Shown here in pieces: positions 52,201-64,000 of a DNA stretch of 64,000 nt (position 1 is the first letter of the stretch; every line of letters starts with the position of its first letter). The DNA comes from Nageia nagi. Taxonomy: Eukaryota; Plantae; Pinophyta. The translations under genes and the position numbers were made by a program. The DNA lies in the NCBI GenBank assembly GCA_050084985.1, contig JBITNC010000001.1, positions 83,638,001 through 83,702,000 of the forward strand, read 5' to 3'. The notes under the pieces are model-generated. The model did not search any database, was not told where the DNA came from, and worked only from the letters and a program-made list of their open reading frames with translations.

Positions 52201-55200
52201 GAAATACATTGACATACTGTTTAAAAATATTGGTAAAGTTATCACTTACTCATTTAGTTAGGATTTTAATTAATTGGATAATTCATGGATTTTTTGGATT
52301 ATCACTAGGATCAATATTGATGGTATCATTTATCAATATATCCAAATCATCTTCCAATTGATTGGCCACATAAATCCAATTATGATAATAATTAATATTA
52401 TGCTCTAATTATGCTTGATAATCTTAATTTGTAGAGATTATATTAATTACAAATGGTAAATAATATAAAATGTTATTATATGAGAAAATTCTAAAGTGGT
52501 TTCATCTACCATAAGATCAAGTAATGTGGGTTGCTTATCTAATTCTAAAGAACTTATGTACTCGATATAGATCATATTTAATGATTGTAGAAACCATAGT
52601 CTATCCTATTAAATTTTCATATTCACATCATGAATCTTCAAATTTACATATGCTTTATTCTAATGGTGTTCATGATTAAGGGTTACTCAAGTCCTTCATG
52701 ATTGATTACATGAATTACCAAGAAGTCAAAGGTGTGAGAAATATAAGCTCAAGATGGAATGCTAAAAATACAAAGTACATAGAGATTTATGTGGGTAACA
52801 TGCACAAATGCATCAAAACCTATCATTCTTAGGCTCTATAAATTTTGAAAAGTATATAATTACAAACCAATCATTGAATAAACATATAATAGTTTCCATA
52901 GGTAACATATCTAGAAGCCCTTTAGTCTCTCCTATTTAATGATTTTTATGAAGATGATGTGATAATGGATATTATATATAGAAATATTATCTCTAAGGCC
53001 AAGATATTTTTGACACATCAATCTAAATAAATAGTTTATGTCAATAAATATTTGATTAAATAGTGTAGACTGAGGCCAAGATATCTAGAAGCATTTTGAT
53101 TAACTCAATATTTGATTCTTCCTTTATAAATATATGTCACACATAAATCTAAATAAATAGTTTATATCAATAAATATCCATACTCCTTATGTACCAATAA
53201 ATTTTAATTAAATACTTTTCAACAACCATCCTATGAATCTTCACCAATAATCAAGCAAATTACAAATTTTCTATGATGAGAAAGAACGTAGGATGTCTTT
53301 GTAATGTTTCCCTTCATAACAATAATATAAAAGAGATTAATTCCATGCCTGATGGATCATGTCCATATCTCATATCTCTAATTTTATTTTGCATTTATCT
53401 TAATTTTTTCCTTACTAATGCTCTTCAAGTAACATAACTGCTAAATTAGGTGGTTATACAAGTTACTCTCTAGGTAAAATAATTCTAAGATTAGGAGTAT
53501 ATACTTATTGTTACATTAGTTCTCTTCATACAAGAGAATATTTAGATCATCTGGTTATACTAAATATTATTTATGACTAAGCATATACCATAGTCATCTC
53601 TTGAATCTTGCAACATTTCTATATAGAGAGGAATAAGAATATATTATTATCATCATCCAATTCTATGATTTTGTAATATTCAATGTGTATCATTTGCATA
53701 ATACATTTAAAATTATCATCTTCAAATGATTCATATTGTAGAAAATAATGAATCATATACACTTTAAATAATTCAATAATAATTAAAAAATTTTAACTTT
53801 ATAATATCAAGATATCCCATCACTATGTTACATCTACATAATCTTATCCAATATCATGAGGCATTGGTGTAGTGGTAAGATCTCTTGGTCTTTATTTGGG
53901 ATGTCACAAGTTCCAATCCCACAAGCTAAGAGAGGAAACTATACACATGTGAAGTGATATTAAAGGAAGCGGTAAAACTTGAGATGCTGGTAGAGGTTGA
54001 CCAAGGTTTCCTACATAATAGGTTATAGGACTCCCCATTACACACACATGGATATATAATCCTCAAAATTTTACCCTAAAACTTTAAAAATAATCCAAAA
54101 TTTATAATTTTTATTAGGAGCAACAAAATCATGGGTGAATTATTTCAAAATACTGGGAGGCTATTATTAAGCAAATTACAACTTAGCAAAGTTGTAATCT
54201 TATGGAAATATAATAAAAAAATGTAAACACGATGAAAAAATCAAGATTGTTACCTAAACCAAAGCTCCTCAATGAATGGAGAAGCATGTTGATGTAGGAA
54301 AAGCTATTTGTAGATGAAGAAATTAGGATGGTACTAGAACCATAATTCTCTAAAGATAAGGTTAGCATATTAATTTCAAAAAGTATAATTGAGAAGTAAG
54401 AGGATGGGCTAAAATCAGCCCTTAAACATTGATCAATTTGTTGGAGTATGACCCACTCCAGATTTGATTCAAAGTTGGATGAAGGAAATATGGTGTACAA
54501 AAGGGTTGGTATCTCTAATTGCACTTCTAAGATAATTCATGTTATTCAAATTCTACTTCGATAAAGACCTACAAAAAGTAATAGAGATGGGTCCATGGTT
54601 CCTTGGGAATAAAGGATTAGTTAACAAATAATGGGAGAAAACTTTCTCCCCTAAATTTAAAAATTTCAATCTCATTCAAATATGGATCTCACTACCTAGA
54701 CTTCACCTATCATGTTGGCATGCATGTAAAATAGTGCGACTTGCAAAAGCAATTATATCCCTTATCACAATTGAGCGAGCAATAAGATTGAAACTTCAAT
54801 TTACACATACAATATTCATGGTCAATTTAGATATTTCCAAACCTTTTAAGGAGATAAAATTAAAAATAGAATATGGAAGATAATGGATGCAACCTATTAT
54901 ATATGCAAACATGCTAGTACAATATGGAATTTGCATGAATTATGAGCATTATGCAAAGGAATGACCAAAAAAAAAAGAGAAGGGATGAAGAAAGGAGAGA
55001 AAAACAAAAGCAAAAAAAAGGATACTCAAGAAAAATAGGAAGGGAAAGGGTGGAAAATTTTTCAAAAAAAAAGCAAGGAAAAATCAGAAGAATATGATTG
55101 AAATGTGGACAAAATAAACCATGATAGAAAAATAATCAACTCCATAGGAATTCCAATAGAAGGGAACAACCACATCAAACCCTTATGTGGTACTAGAAAT

Positions 55201-58200
55201 TTTAGAAGGAATAAAGAATAAATAGATTACTAATTATAATATTTAGAAGATGCGACAACAAATATGGAAGTCATGGAAGGGGATGAAGGAGAAATAATTA
55301 GGAGGGTGATAAAAAAAGTTGAGGAATGCAAATAGTCAAGTAACAAAAATGTAGTAAGAAGAAGAACAAGATATAGGAATCCCACAAAGAAAAATAATTA
55401 ACTATAGAAAGATGATAAATGTTGAAAAGGTACATGTGGGTAGACCATACTAAGGACATACTAGAGAAAAAGCCCACCAAACATGATATAGTGAATGTCA
55501 AGTAATTCACTTTTCATCATATCAACAAATCTTAGCCCACCATTGGGCTAAACAAAAGATTTACAAATTAGAATATTCTACAAATAAAGAGGTAATTGGA
55601 TTATATCTCAATTATACTTCAAATGTATTTTGACTACAATTTGATGATTTTTTAATAATAAAATTTGTAGAGTAGGTTGAATTAGGGATACCAATAGGTT
55701 GTTGCTAGGTAGCACTTGAACTTATTTTGTTAGTAGTTTTTATGGTAATTTATGTTAACTACTACTAGGTTTAGCTAGGTAGTGGTTTCCTATTTTTAGA
55801 AACCATTTTATGATTATTTTTATTTTCAGAGAAAATCCCTCATTTCTTTTTGATAGTATAATTTACCCTTATTATCCAAAAATATAATCTTATCCAAAAA
55901 AGAAAGATTCAACATCCCATTCAACAATTTCAATGGGATTCTCCTAGTTAGTATGGCTTTTGCAACCCAAACCTCTTTTATAAATTTAAAAATGAAAATT
56001 GATTTAGTTACATATATTACACGTTTCCTTTAGATAAAAAGCCCATACCCTCACTAATGATATCTATGGGATCATAAATAGGTTAAACTTCAATAAAATG
56101 GTTCCTTAGGAGCCAATGGTAATGAATCTAAGATGGGAAATCTATTCCTACATAAATAAATAGTGTTTGGTTTGGAGGATTAAAAAAACACTAACTAACC
56201 AACAATAATAAATAGATAATTATGATCAACTTTATGGATGGAAGAATATAAAAATCATCATCATATTTCTCAACATTATAAGGAATTGAAATAAATAGTA
56301 AACTTTATGATGGAATTGAAAATAGGTTGATCATAGGATTTAGAAATTGATAATACCTTGTTTGAGAAGATAATGAAGTACTATGTAATGTATTTTTGTG
56401 ATTTTTCCTCTAATAATTATTTATCCTCAAGATTCATTTGTATATGTGGAGATGTGGATGAAGTTATGGGGGATGGTAGTGGTGAGATTGGAAAACTAGA
56501 AGGTGATGTGGAGGAGTATATAATGGGATTGAAGATTGGTTTCTTCTTTGCATGATATGAATAATAATATTTATATGAGGTATTATGATATAGCTTATAA
56601 AAATGAGTATTTTGATGAGATGTTGGATGATAAATTAAGGAAGGGGGTCTAGAGGAATACAAGGATGCTGATGGGCGAGATGAAATATTGGGTGATAAAG
56701 TAGAAGCAAAATTGGTAGGGGAAATATTTTAAGATAGAAAAGGTAATCTATAGGTGAATTAAATATGATTACAATTAGATAATGGATCTTCATCAATATT
56801 TATACAGTGAATGAGATCCTCATGAGCATATTTGAGATAGCTATGGAGTATTGAAGATACACACTACATTTCCTATTTCAAGGTTTTTCAAAAAGTATAT
56901 TTACTTATTTTCTCCCTTTATAACATGTAATAATTTATGCACCATTTTTAATATAACTATAATGGGTAACACTATTGTTACTAATGTTGGGCATAAGGTA
57001 TCATTAAATGGTCTTAGTTGTAAAGCTTATTTAGATAAATATGATAGTGGAAACTTCAAATGATGTAAAAAAATTGAAGAGATAATATTTGATTGAATAA
57101 AAATAATTAATGAATACTATATTAAAAGTTTTCTCATCCACATTATCAATAATACATATCAGATAATCTAGACCTCTAAAACCCTAAAGTTTTATAAGAT
57201 TAGAATCATAGAACTTTGTGTTTACTGATTATAAGTATTTTTGTTTCTAATAAATGTATAAACATTTTTTAAAGTTATTGATATATAATTATATATATTC
57301 TAATAGTTTATTCATCACCTATTGATGAGGATTAGATTGTTGCAATAAATCAAATAGAGATAACTTTATTAGTACTGACTTCAAGTAATTACTCAAAGAA
57401 ACCATCAATGGAACTCTCATCCTCTAAGGATGTGGGATATGTGAGGCATAATTATTATGATTAAGTGGCTCTAAAGAACAGTTATGGTTCTATTACTATA
57501 TTTTGTCTTATGTTTATGGTTTTTATCCTTGGGCTTTTTTATCTCTAGTCACAATGTTAACCATTCATACAAATATATGCTAGAGGTTCTTATTATATAC
57601 CATATCATTAGAAGTACCCATAATTGATACATTATTTCCTTTCTCTTACCATGTAATCCATTGAATATGATAATAATATATCATTAAATTTTTATTTATA
57701 ATGGTAAGGTGATTATACATATATAGCTTTCCATTATCAAGCACATCTTGACTACATGCTTTAGGTATCAATATTTATCAGCTTCATGTCCTCTTTGGGG
57801 ATGGTAAATGTGATATTAAGTTTCCTTATACCATAATGATTTCTCTAAATTTGGATATTTATATTTTATATTAGGTATAGTAATCATTTAATTCTCATAT
57901 AATCTTCTAAAATCTACTGCTAGGGGTTTTTGTAGTTATGTAAACTATTGTTGAGGATTGACCATTATCTTCACTTATATTTCCTATTATCTCCAAGTAG
58001 GAAAAGATTCAAAGGGAAATATAAAATAAATTCTTATATAGGATCTTTTTTCTATTTGAAGGGGATAAATAATTGATACTTTGTTAGCTAGTTATTTCTT
58101 ATTCTATAGAACCCCTTATTATTTTTAATAATATTTTAGTAATTATCCTTCTTTTTTAGTTTTACTTCCCTATCTTGGATTTTAATATTTATAATCCATA
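49300..58200 (-). mobile_element. Long degenerate Ogre/Tat gag-pol (gag, protease, G-patch-like, RT, RH, aRH, integrase) with nested insertions
   Basis: gag YHPQRGHEADKY*YLKHV..DVLDN (~57740-57810). Protease region LRPFNDTLCPTLVTIVLP...LHVIKGE (~56900-57040). RT DVNKAFPKDDFTLLNIDSLVD...GFLGYNWIQISPKDQHQMVF (51776-52000). aRH WDMIIYFDGSH (~50800). Confidence 0.75.
53852..55883 (+). mobile_element. Complete 2-kb retroposon: tRNA-like head + L1 ORF1 (DUF4283, zinc knuckle) + A tail, no EN/RT
   Basis: TSD ATAATCTTATCCAA at 53838-53851 and 55884-55897. A box TGGTGTAGTGG at 53865-53875 and B box GTTCCAATCC at 53910-53919. ORF1 reads DQFVGV*PTPDLIQSWMKEIW...KVIEMGPWFLGNKGL...IWISLPRL...VNLDISKP...YGICMNYEHYAKE. 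Tail TTATCCAAAAA. Confidence 0.8.
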
Positions 58201-59249
58201 CTACTTGGGAAGTTAACTCATAAATTTATTTACATTTTTGAGTCTAAATAATATAAGCTATCTAGTATGATTTAAATTTTGACTAAATATTTTAACACCT
58301 TCTAAAATGAGTGTCTAGTTCACACTTATGAGAATAACTCTCCACTTTGATACAAAATTGTCTATATACTCATCTTTAAATTTTTATAATCATGTGATAT
58401 TTTTAATATATATTTTTATTATATTTTTATCCTAAAGTACTCTAGTGATGATTTTTCTAACTATACATATGAAAAGATAGTATTCTCTTATATACTATTA
58501 TACCAATACATGGGTTTCCTAATAAGAACTGAGAAAAAAGAATAACAAATTATCACATAAGTGTTAGTAAGCAAATAGATGGAATATTTAAATTTATTCA
58601 CTTGCACTTCTTTGGGTCATACTTCCTTTAATACATTCTATCTTAGAGACCTCAAATTCAAATGGATAATATGTTATACAAACATTAGGGTATATATATG
58701 TTTATTACATAAAATTATTCCTATGTAGGTTATGTACAAAGTTGGGCTTCTACCAACATCAATATTTCTAAAACATCATATGTTGGTTGTAGCCATTGAG
58801 GTTACTATAGAGGAAGAATAAGATGAGATGATTTTTCTACATAATATCTTTGACCTCCATAACCTAATGATACTTGACATCTATAATCTTAGAGTGTTTG
58901 TAGCTCATACATTAACTCATATTCTTTACCATTTTGAATGTAATGTTCATATCTCATATGGTTAACTCTATCATCATGATTCAATGGTGAATAGAAGTAT
59001 TGTATTTGTGTATGAGGCTCCCTATGTATTAAGTGAGGTAGTGTGGGAGGTCTACATAGTCAATTAGGGTGATGACCAGGTTACAAAATACGATGTGTTA
59101 CTTACATAATGGTAATATGACCATGATGGAACTATGTAGGCTACTTAGTGAGGATAAGCTCATGATAGAAGTGTGAGGTTGATGATGCACATGATGGGAT
59201 ATTTGGGATCATAAAATCATAATGGTTTAGTACTTATTTTATATCATGG

Positions 59250-62200
59250 TATTATAATTTAAATAATAATTATTAAGGTCAATTATAGAATATTCAATTT
59301 AACTAATTAACCACAAAATAATAGGAAATTGATGACATGAAATATGAAAATGACATAATTAACATTTACCTATCAAAATAGGATTTACAAAATATACAAA
59401 CCTATACTTTATCTATGACAATGATTGAATACGATATCCAATCGAAAGAGGATGAATAATGAGCTTCTTCAAAATATAGAATGACAAATTTGACCTCAAC
59501 CTAATGTTGACATTAGGAACCCAATGGAAATTCTTATCTATTATTATAGAATATCTTTACCTTTAACTTGATGTCATTTTCCCACCATTGATGCATGGAA
59601 TCTTGCTCATAAATGCTCATAAATAGATGAAGGATCGTAGGAATGCAATGCTTGGAGTATAATAAAATACAATAATGATAGGTGTCATTAAAAAATATCA
59701 ATCAAGAATGACACAAGTATATTACCAACTACCAAAGATTCAATATTATGTCATATCATGTCATATATTTGATCATGCATAACTGCTCCACCTTTATTGG
59801 AAACAAGTTTAGTTCTAAGGCTTCTCCTTAGGCTTATTATGATACCTAGCCAACCAGTTACCACAAAACATAATAGTATATGAGAGTGCACATTGAAAAG
59901 AGCATTTATTTAATAAATTAAATAAATTATATTAAATACTTGAAATAATATTTTAATTAAATTAAAGTTCCTTTTTAGGTGTTAATAGATGACCCATTTT
60001 GAATATATTTTGATGCTTTTATGATAAAACATAGTCATAATATAAATTCAAAGTATAATAAGGAAAGTAAGAAAGTACTCCTTGAAATGTATGTCTCATG
60101 TAAAAAGCTTTTGAATCCCTTATTTTTCACCTATATTATGCCCCTTCTTTGACTTGGTTATGACATGTTGGATCTCTCATCATAGGAGAAAACCAAGGCA
60201 AAGGAAAAAAGAAATTAAAAAGAGCTTAGAAAAGAAATACTTTTGCATAATATATCTCAAATATAAACATTAAATATTATGGTAAGAAAAGTATATAAGT
60301 GATAAGAAACCAAACCTATCCTTGGTGACTTACCCACCAAGATTTTGTGAAGATAAATAACCAATTTAAACTAATTAGCTTGGTTTCCCAAACCACCATG
60401 TTACCATGGATTTTTGATATGGATGATACTTCCTTACAAAAGTGTCAAATGATAAGTTTTACCCTTCCTTAAAAAGAAGTCAAATGATAATAGTGACCAA
60501 CTTCATTTTCTAGACCACCATGTTTCCATTGAGTTTTTGATAAGAGTGCCTCTTTCTTACAAAGGAAACCAATGATATGAACAATGATACAAAAATCCAA
60601 ATTGATAAATTTTGATAAGCATCATTTGTGGTAAGCAAATTTTTATGAAATGAAATGAAAGTAAAGAAATGAAATACCTTTTTTGTTGTTTTACTATTAT
60701 TATGAAGAAATGATCAAATTTTTGATATTTTTATTTTTTTTTAACCTAGCAATTTTGCTAAGAACATAGTAATGTCACTAGATTACTACATTATATTCTT
60801 GAAATGTTATTATGAAAAGATAAATAAATTCATATTTTATGAAAACATCACATACAAAACTTTTTCATATGCATAACATTAATTGGATTACATTCTTCTT
60901 TACCTTTAATTGTTGACAATTTAGATGCACCTTTTCAATAATTTGCAATGATAACATAAGGACCTATCCATTTAGGTTTGAAGTTACATTTATTTTCATT
61001 TTCTAGAGCTTTACTTTTGGGAAGGTTTTCTTTTAAGATTAGCTCACCAACTTTTAACTCTTTAGGCTTGATCATTTTTTCTATAGGCTCTTTAGATTCT
61101 AGGGTAATAGACATGAAGGTGTTCTAGAGTATTAACCTATTTTTCACCTAGGATCTCTAGTTGGGTTAATTTAGCTTTTATTCTATCCTCATCAAGAATG
61201 AGACCATCTAGTGACACATGAAGTGATGGGATTTCTAACTCAAGAGGAACTATAACTTCATCACCATACATTAGGGAGAAAGGGCTTTCCACTATGAAAG
61301 TCCTCATACTTGTTCTATAGGATCACAAAGCATAAAGGAGTTGTTCATGCTAATATTTACCATGCTTTGTAATAGTTTGTATAAGATACTCTTAATTACC
61401 TTGTTGGATGCTTCAACTTGACCATTACCATTGGGGTAATATGGGGTATAGAATTTCTATTCAATATGATATTTGTGACAAAATTTTTTAACTTCATTAC
61501 CTTTAAAGTAAGGTCCATTTTCCATGAACAATTTATAAGGCATACCATATCTATAAATAATAAACTTAATAATAAATTCAACAATCTTACCTCCTTTTGC
61601 AAACATCATAATTATAGCCTCTTCCCATTTTGAGAAGTATTTTGTATTTGTAATGATAAACTTATGGCCATCTCTTGAAATGGAGTTAATTTTACCAATA
61701 AAATCAAGTATCTAAAGAGAAAAAGGCTAACAAGATACAATAGAATGCTAACTATGAGAAGAGGAGGGCTAAAGATTAGCATTATTTTGATATTTATCAT
61801 ATCTCCTAACAAGCAATTCCTAATATTCATGCATACTAGACCAATAGTAACCTATTCTAATAAACTTTTGATAAATAAATTTAGCACTAATATGTACACC
61901 ACATTCACATCCATGATCTTGATGAAGTGTTATTTCTACTTCATGCATCCTTAAACATCTAAGAATAGCACCATCAAGAGCTATTTTGTACAAAAAATAC
62001 CATTGATGACATACTTGGTTGCTAGAGTTTTAGGTCAAATTCAAGCATTATGATCAAAATAAATAGGAACAACATTATATTTAAGATAATTGAAAATATA
62101 TTGATACCATTCATACATATTAATACAAATAGTTGCATAATAATGATCTTTAACAAAATCTTCAATAACATGCTCATGAGAAGGCTTACTTATATTTTTT

Positions 62201-62650
62201 ATTGTAAGATTAGTTTCCTCATATTATATGTTAATAGGAGCAAGGGAAGTGGCACTAGCCATAGCATCAACATACCTTTTGGTGTCTCTTGGAATGTTAT
62301 CAATTTCATACTTGATAAAGTAGATAAGGAGATTCTCCACCATATTTTTATATGTTTGTAGCTTGAGATATTTGGTGTTATAGATGGTGGATACTTGCTT
62401 CATAATAAGTTAAGAATCACTAAATATTTTTATCCATTTTACTTTCAAAAGTATTACAACTTTCATAAGTAAAACAAGAGCCTCATATTATACCATATTA
62501 TTAGTGTAATCAAAACTTAAGAAAAATGATATAGTAATAACATTACCGTGAGGATTTATCAGGATAATTATTTCCCCTTCTCTATGAATGCACTTGGAAA
62601 CATCAAAAAATAGGATCTAATCATCATTTTCTATAAAACTAACAAAAACA
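59250..62650 (-). mobile_element. Family A copy 3: aRH-integrase, 3' UTR, PPT and 3' LTR (~59250-59987)
   Basis: aRH ILFFDVSK...YTNNMV*YEALV...IFSDS*LIMKQV. The integrase is colinear with 1-705 (VIVPLELEIPSLHVSL), and the UTR/LTR are the reverse complement of 706-2289. Confidence 0.9.
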
Positions 62651-64000
62651 TGTAGGTACATAGGCTGAAGAATAGAGCAAAAATGCTAGGTTCATGGTTG
62701 CTTTGGTCATCCACTTCATCAAGGAATTCTTTTTGCATGCTTGATACTTTATTTTGTAGGTGATTTATGATGAAATATACTATATCTTATCCCTTCAATG
62801 TCTATAGCTAACATTTCCAAGGCATTTCTAAGATTATTTAAGGGCATGCTACTCTTTGATTCCAAAATGGGATTTTTGAGAGAGTTAGGATTTTAGGATT
62901 GTAAGATTTGAAGGAAGACCAAGAGTCATTCTAGAATTTTGTATTTCTAAGATTGTGTTTTCTTCTTACTATAGGATATTGTATTATTTGTAGAAGATTG
63001 TATTGCCATTTTATTTATGATATTTATCTATGCATGTATTATTGTAATGTTCATATACAATGAGAAGAGAAGGCTCCAATTCCATGTTAGATTAACTCAC
63101 ATTGGTTGAACTAGGTAAATCATTATGTTGATCTTATTACATATTTGAGATTGCTAATTTATGATTTACATTATGCAATTTTTAAATTTATATACAATTT
63201 ATATGATCTTATAATGGTGAATGTATTTTTGTTTGAATCTATAAGTGAGGATCTGAGTATACTATAAGCATCTGGTGATTACAGATCACATGGTATCAGA
63301 TCTTGTGTACATCAAATTTGGCCTCAAAATTTTAGGTATTTTAGGTCAACAATGACATGTTTTTTGATGTTTGGGAGGATATCTCAAAGACCAAAGTTGA
63401 TTCAAAAGGATCCTAATATTGGTCAAAAGGGAAGAGCAACTAAAATGGATAATGCTAAAGAGCAATAGTCTACTATTCGTACCATGATGGATGCTAATTT
63501 TGAAAGGAGATTTTTAGCAATGAAGAATCATTTGGTTGAGTTGTTGGTTGCAAGAGCAAATGCAAATGTCAATTAGAGATTGCATGATGTAGTTGGGAAA
63601 CCTAATTCCTTATCTTTATTAAATCAAGTTCCATTCAAGGTGGAGGCCAAAGTAGACATTCCTACTTTTGGAGGAGAGGTTGATGCAAAGAAGGTGAAAA
63701 ATTGAAGGTTTATTTCCAAATTCATGGTGTTGTAAATTATGTTGATAAAATCTCTTTTTCTATATTAAAGATAAGTGGACATGCTTTACTTTGGTAGGAA
63801 ATCCATGTAGAAACTCTTAATCATGGACACTTATTGGAATATCTTCTTAGAATAAATTTAAGGAGTTATCAAGAGATCAATTCTATCTATTAGGATATTA
63901 TAGTAAATAATTGATGAAATGGCAATTATTTAGATAATAAAGAGGATAAAATGTTTAAGAATGCAATACAAAATTTAGGAAGCAAGCTACTTTTCTTGGG
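62651..64000 (+). mobile_element. Ty3/Gypsy element 5' end: LTR 62651-63290, Met-i PBS 63291-63300, degenerate gag
   Basis: TGTAGG...GATCACA|TGGTATCAGA; gag PFKVEAKVDIPTFGGEVDAKKV...GHALLW*ES...FKEL...QFYLLGY. It interrupts the family A pol. Confidence 0.8.

Noticed and set aside
53859-53930. Functional tRNA gene
   Set aside because: A and B boxes are present but I could not fold a convincing cloverleaf or acceptor stem, so it is treated as a SINE-type head.

Overview
AT-rich, CpG/CHG-depleted plant nuclear DNA. The TE families and base composition suggest a large-genome gymnosperm; this is inference only. The single host gene is an intronless clade-A AT-hook/PPC (AHL15/19/20-like) gene at about 38.2-39.2 kb (+), sitting in a CpG-retaining island. 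Its conserved N-terminus (xANRWWAG) begins at a CTG rather than an ATG, and its conserved C-terminus is shifted out of frame at a C5 run. The rest is mostly nested, decayed transposons. These include three pieces of one Ogre/Tat Ty3 family and a long degenerate Ogre/Tat gag-pol. There is also a structurally complete 8.1-kb pol-less LTR element (5-bp TSD, tRNA-Trp PBS) carrying gag plus an antisense plant-mobile-domain (PMD) gene bracketed by a 37-bp repeat. Copia, solo-LTR, MITE, SINE and RTEX-like LINE fragments are also present. The most unusual signal is a set of L1-ORF1-only (DUF4283 + zinc knuckle, no endonuclease/RT) retroposons. One is a complete 2-kb unit with a tRNA-like Pol III head, an A tail and a 14-bp TSD. 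All TE translations and alignments were done by eye, so boundaries of decayed elements are approximate.
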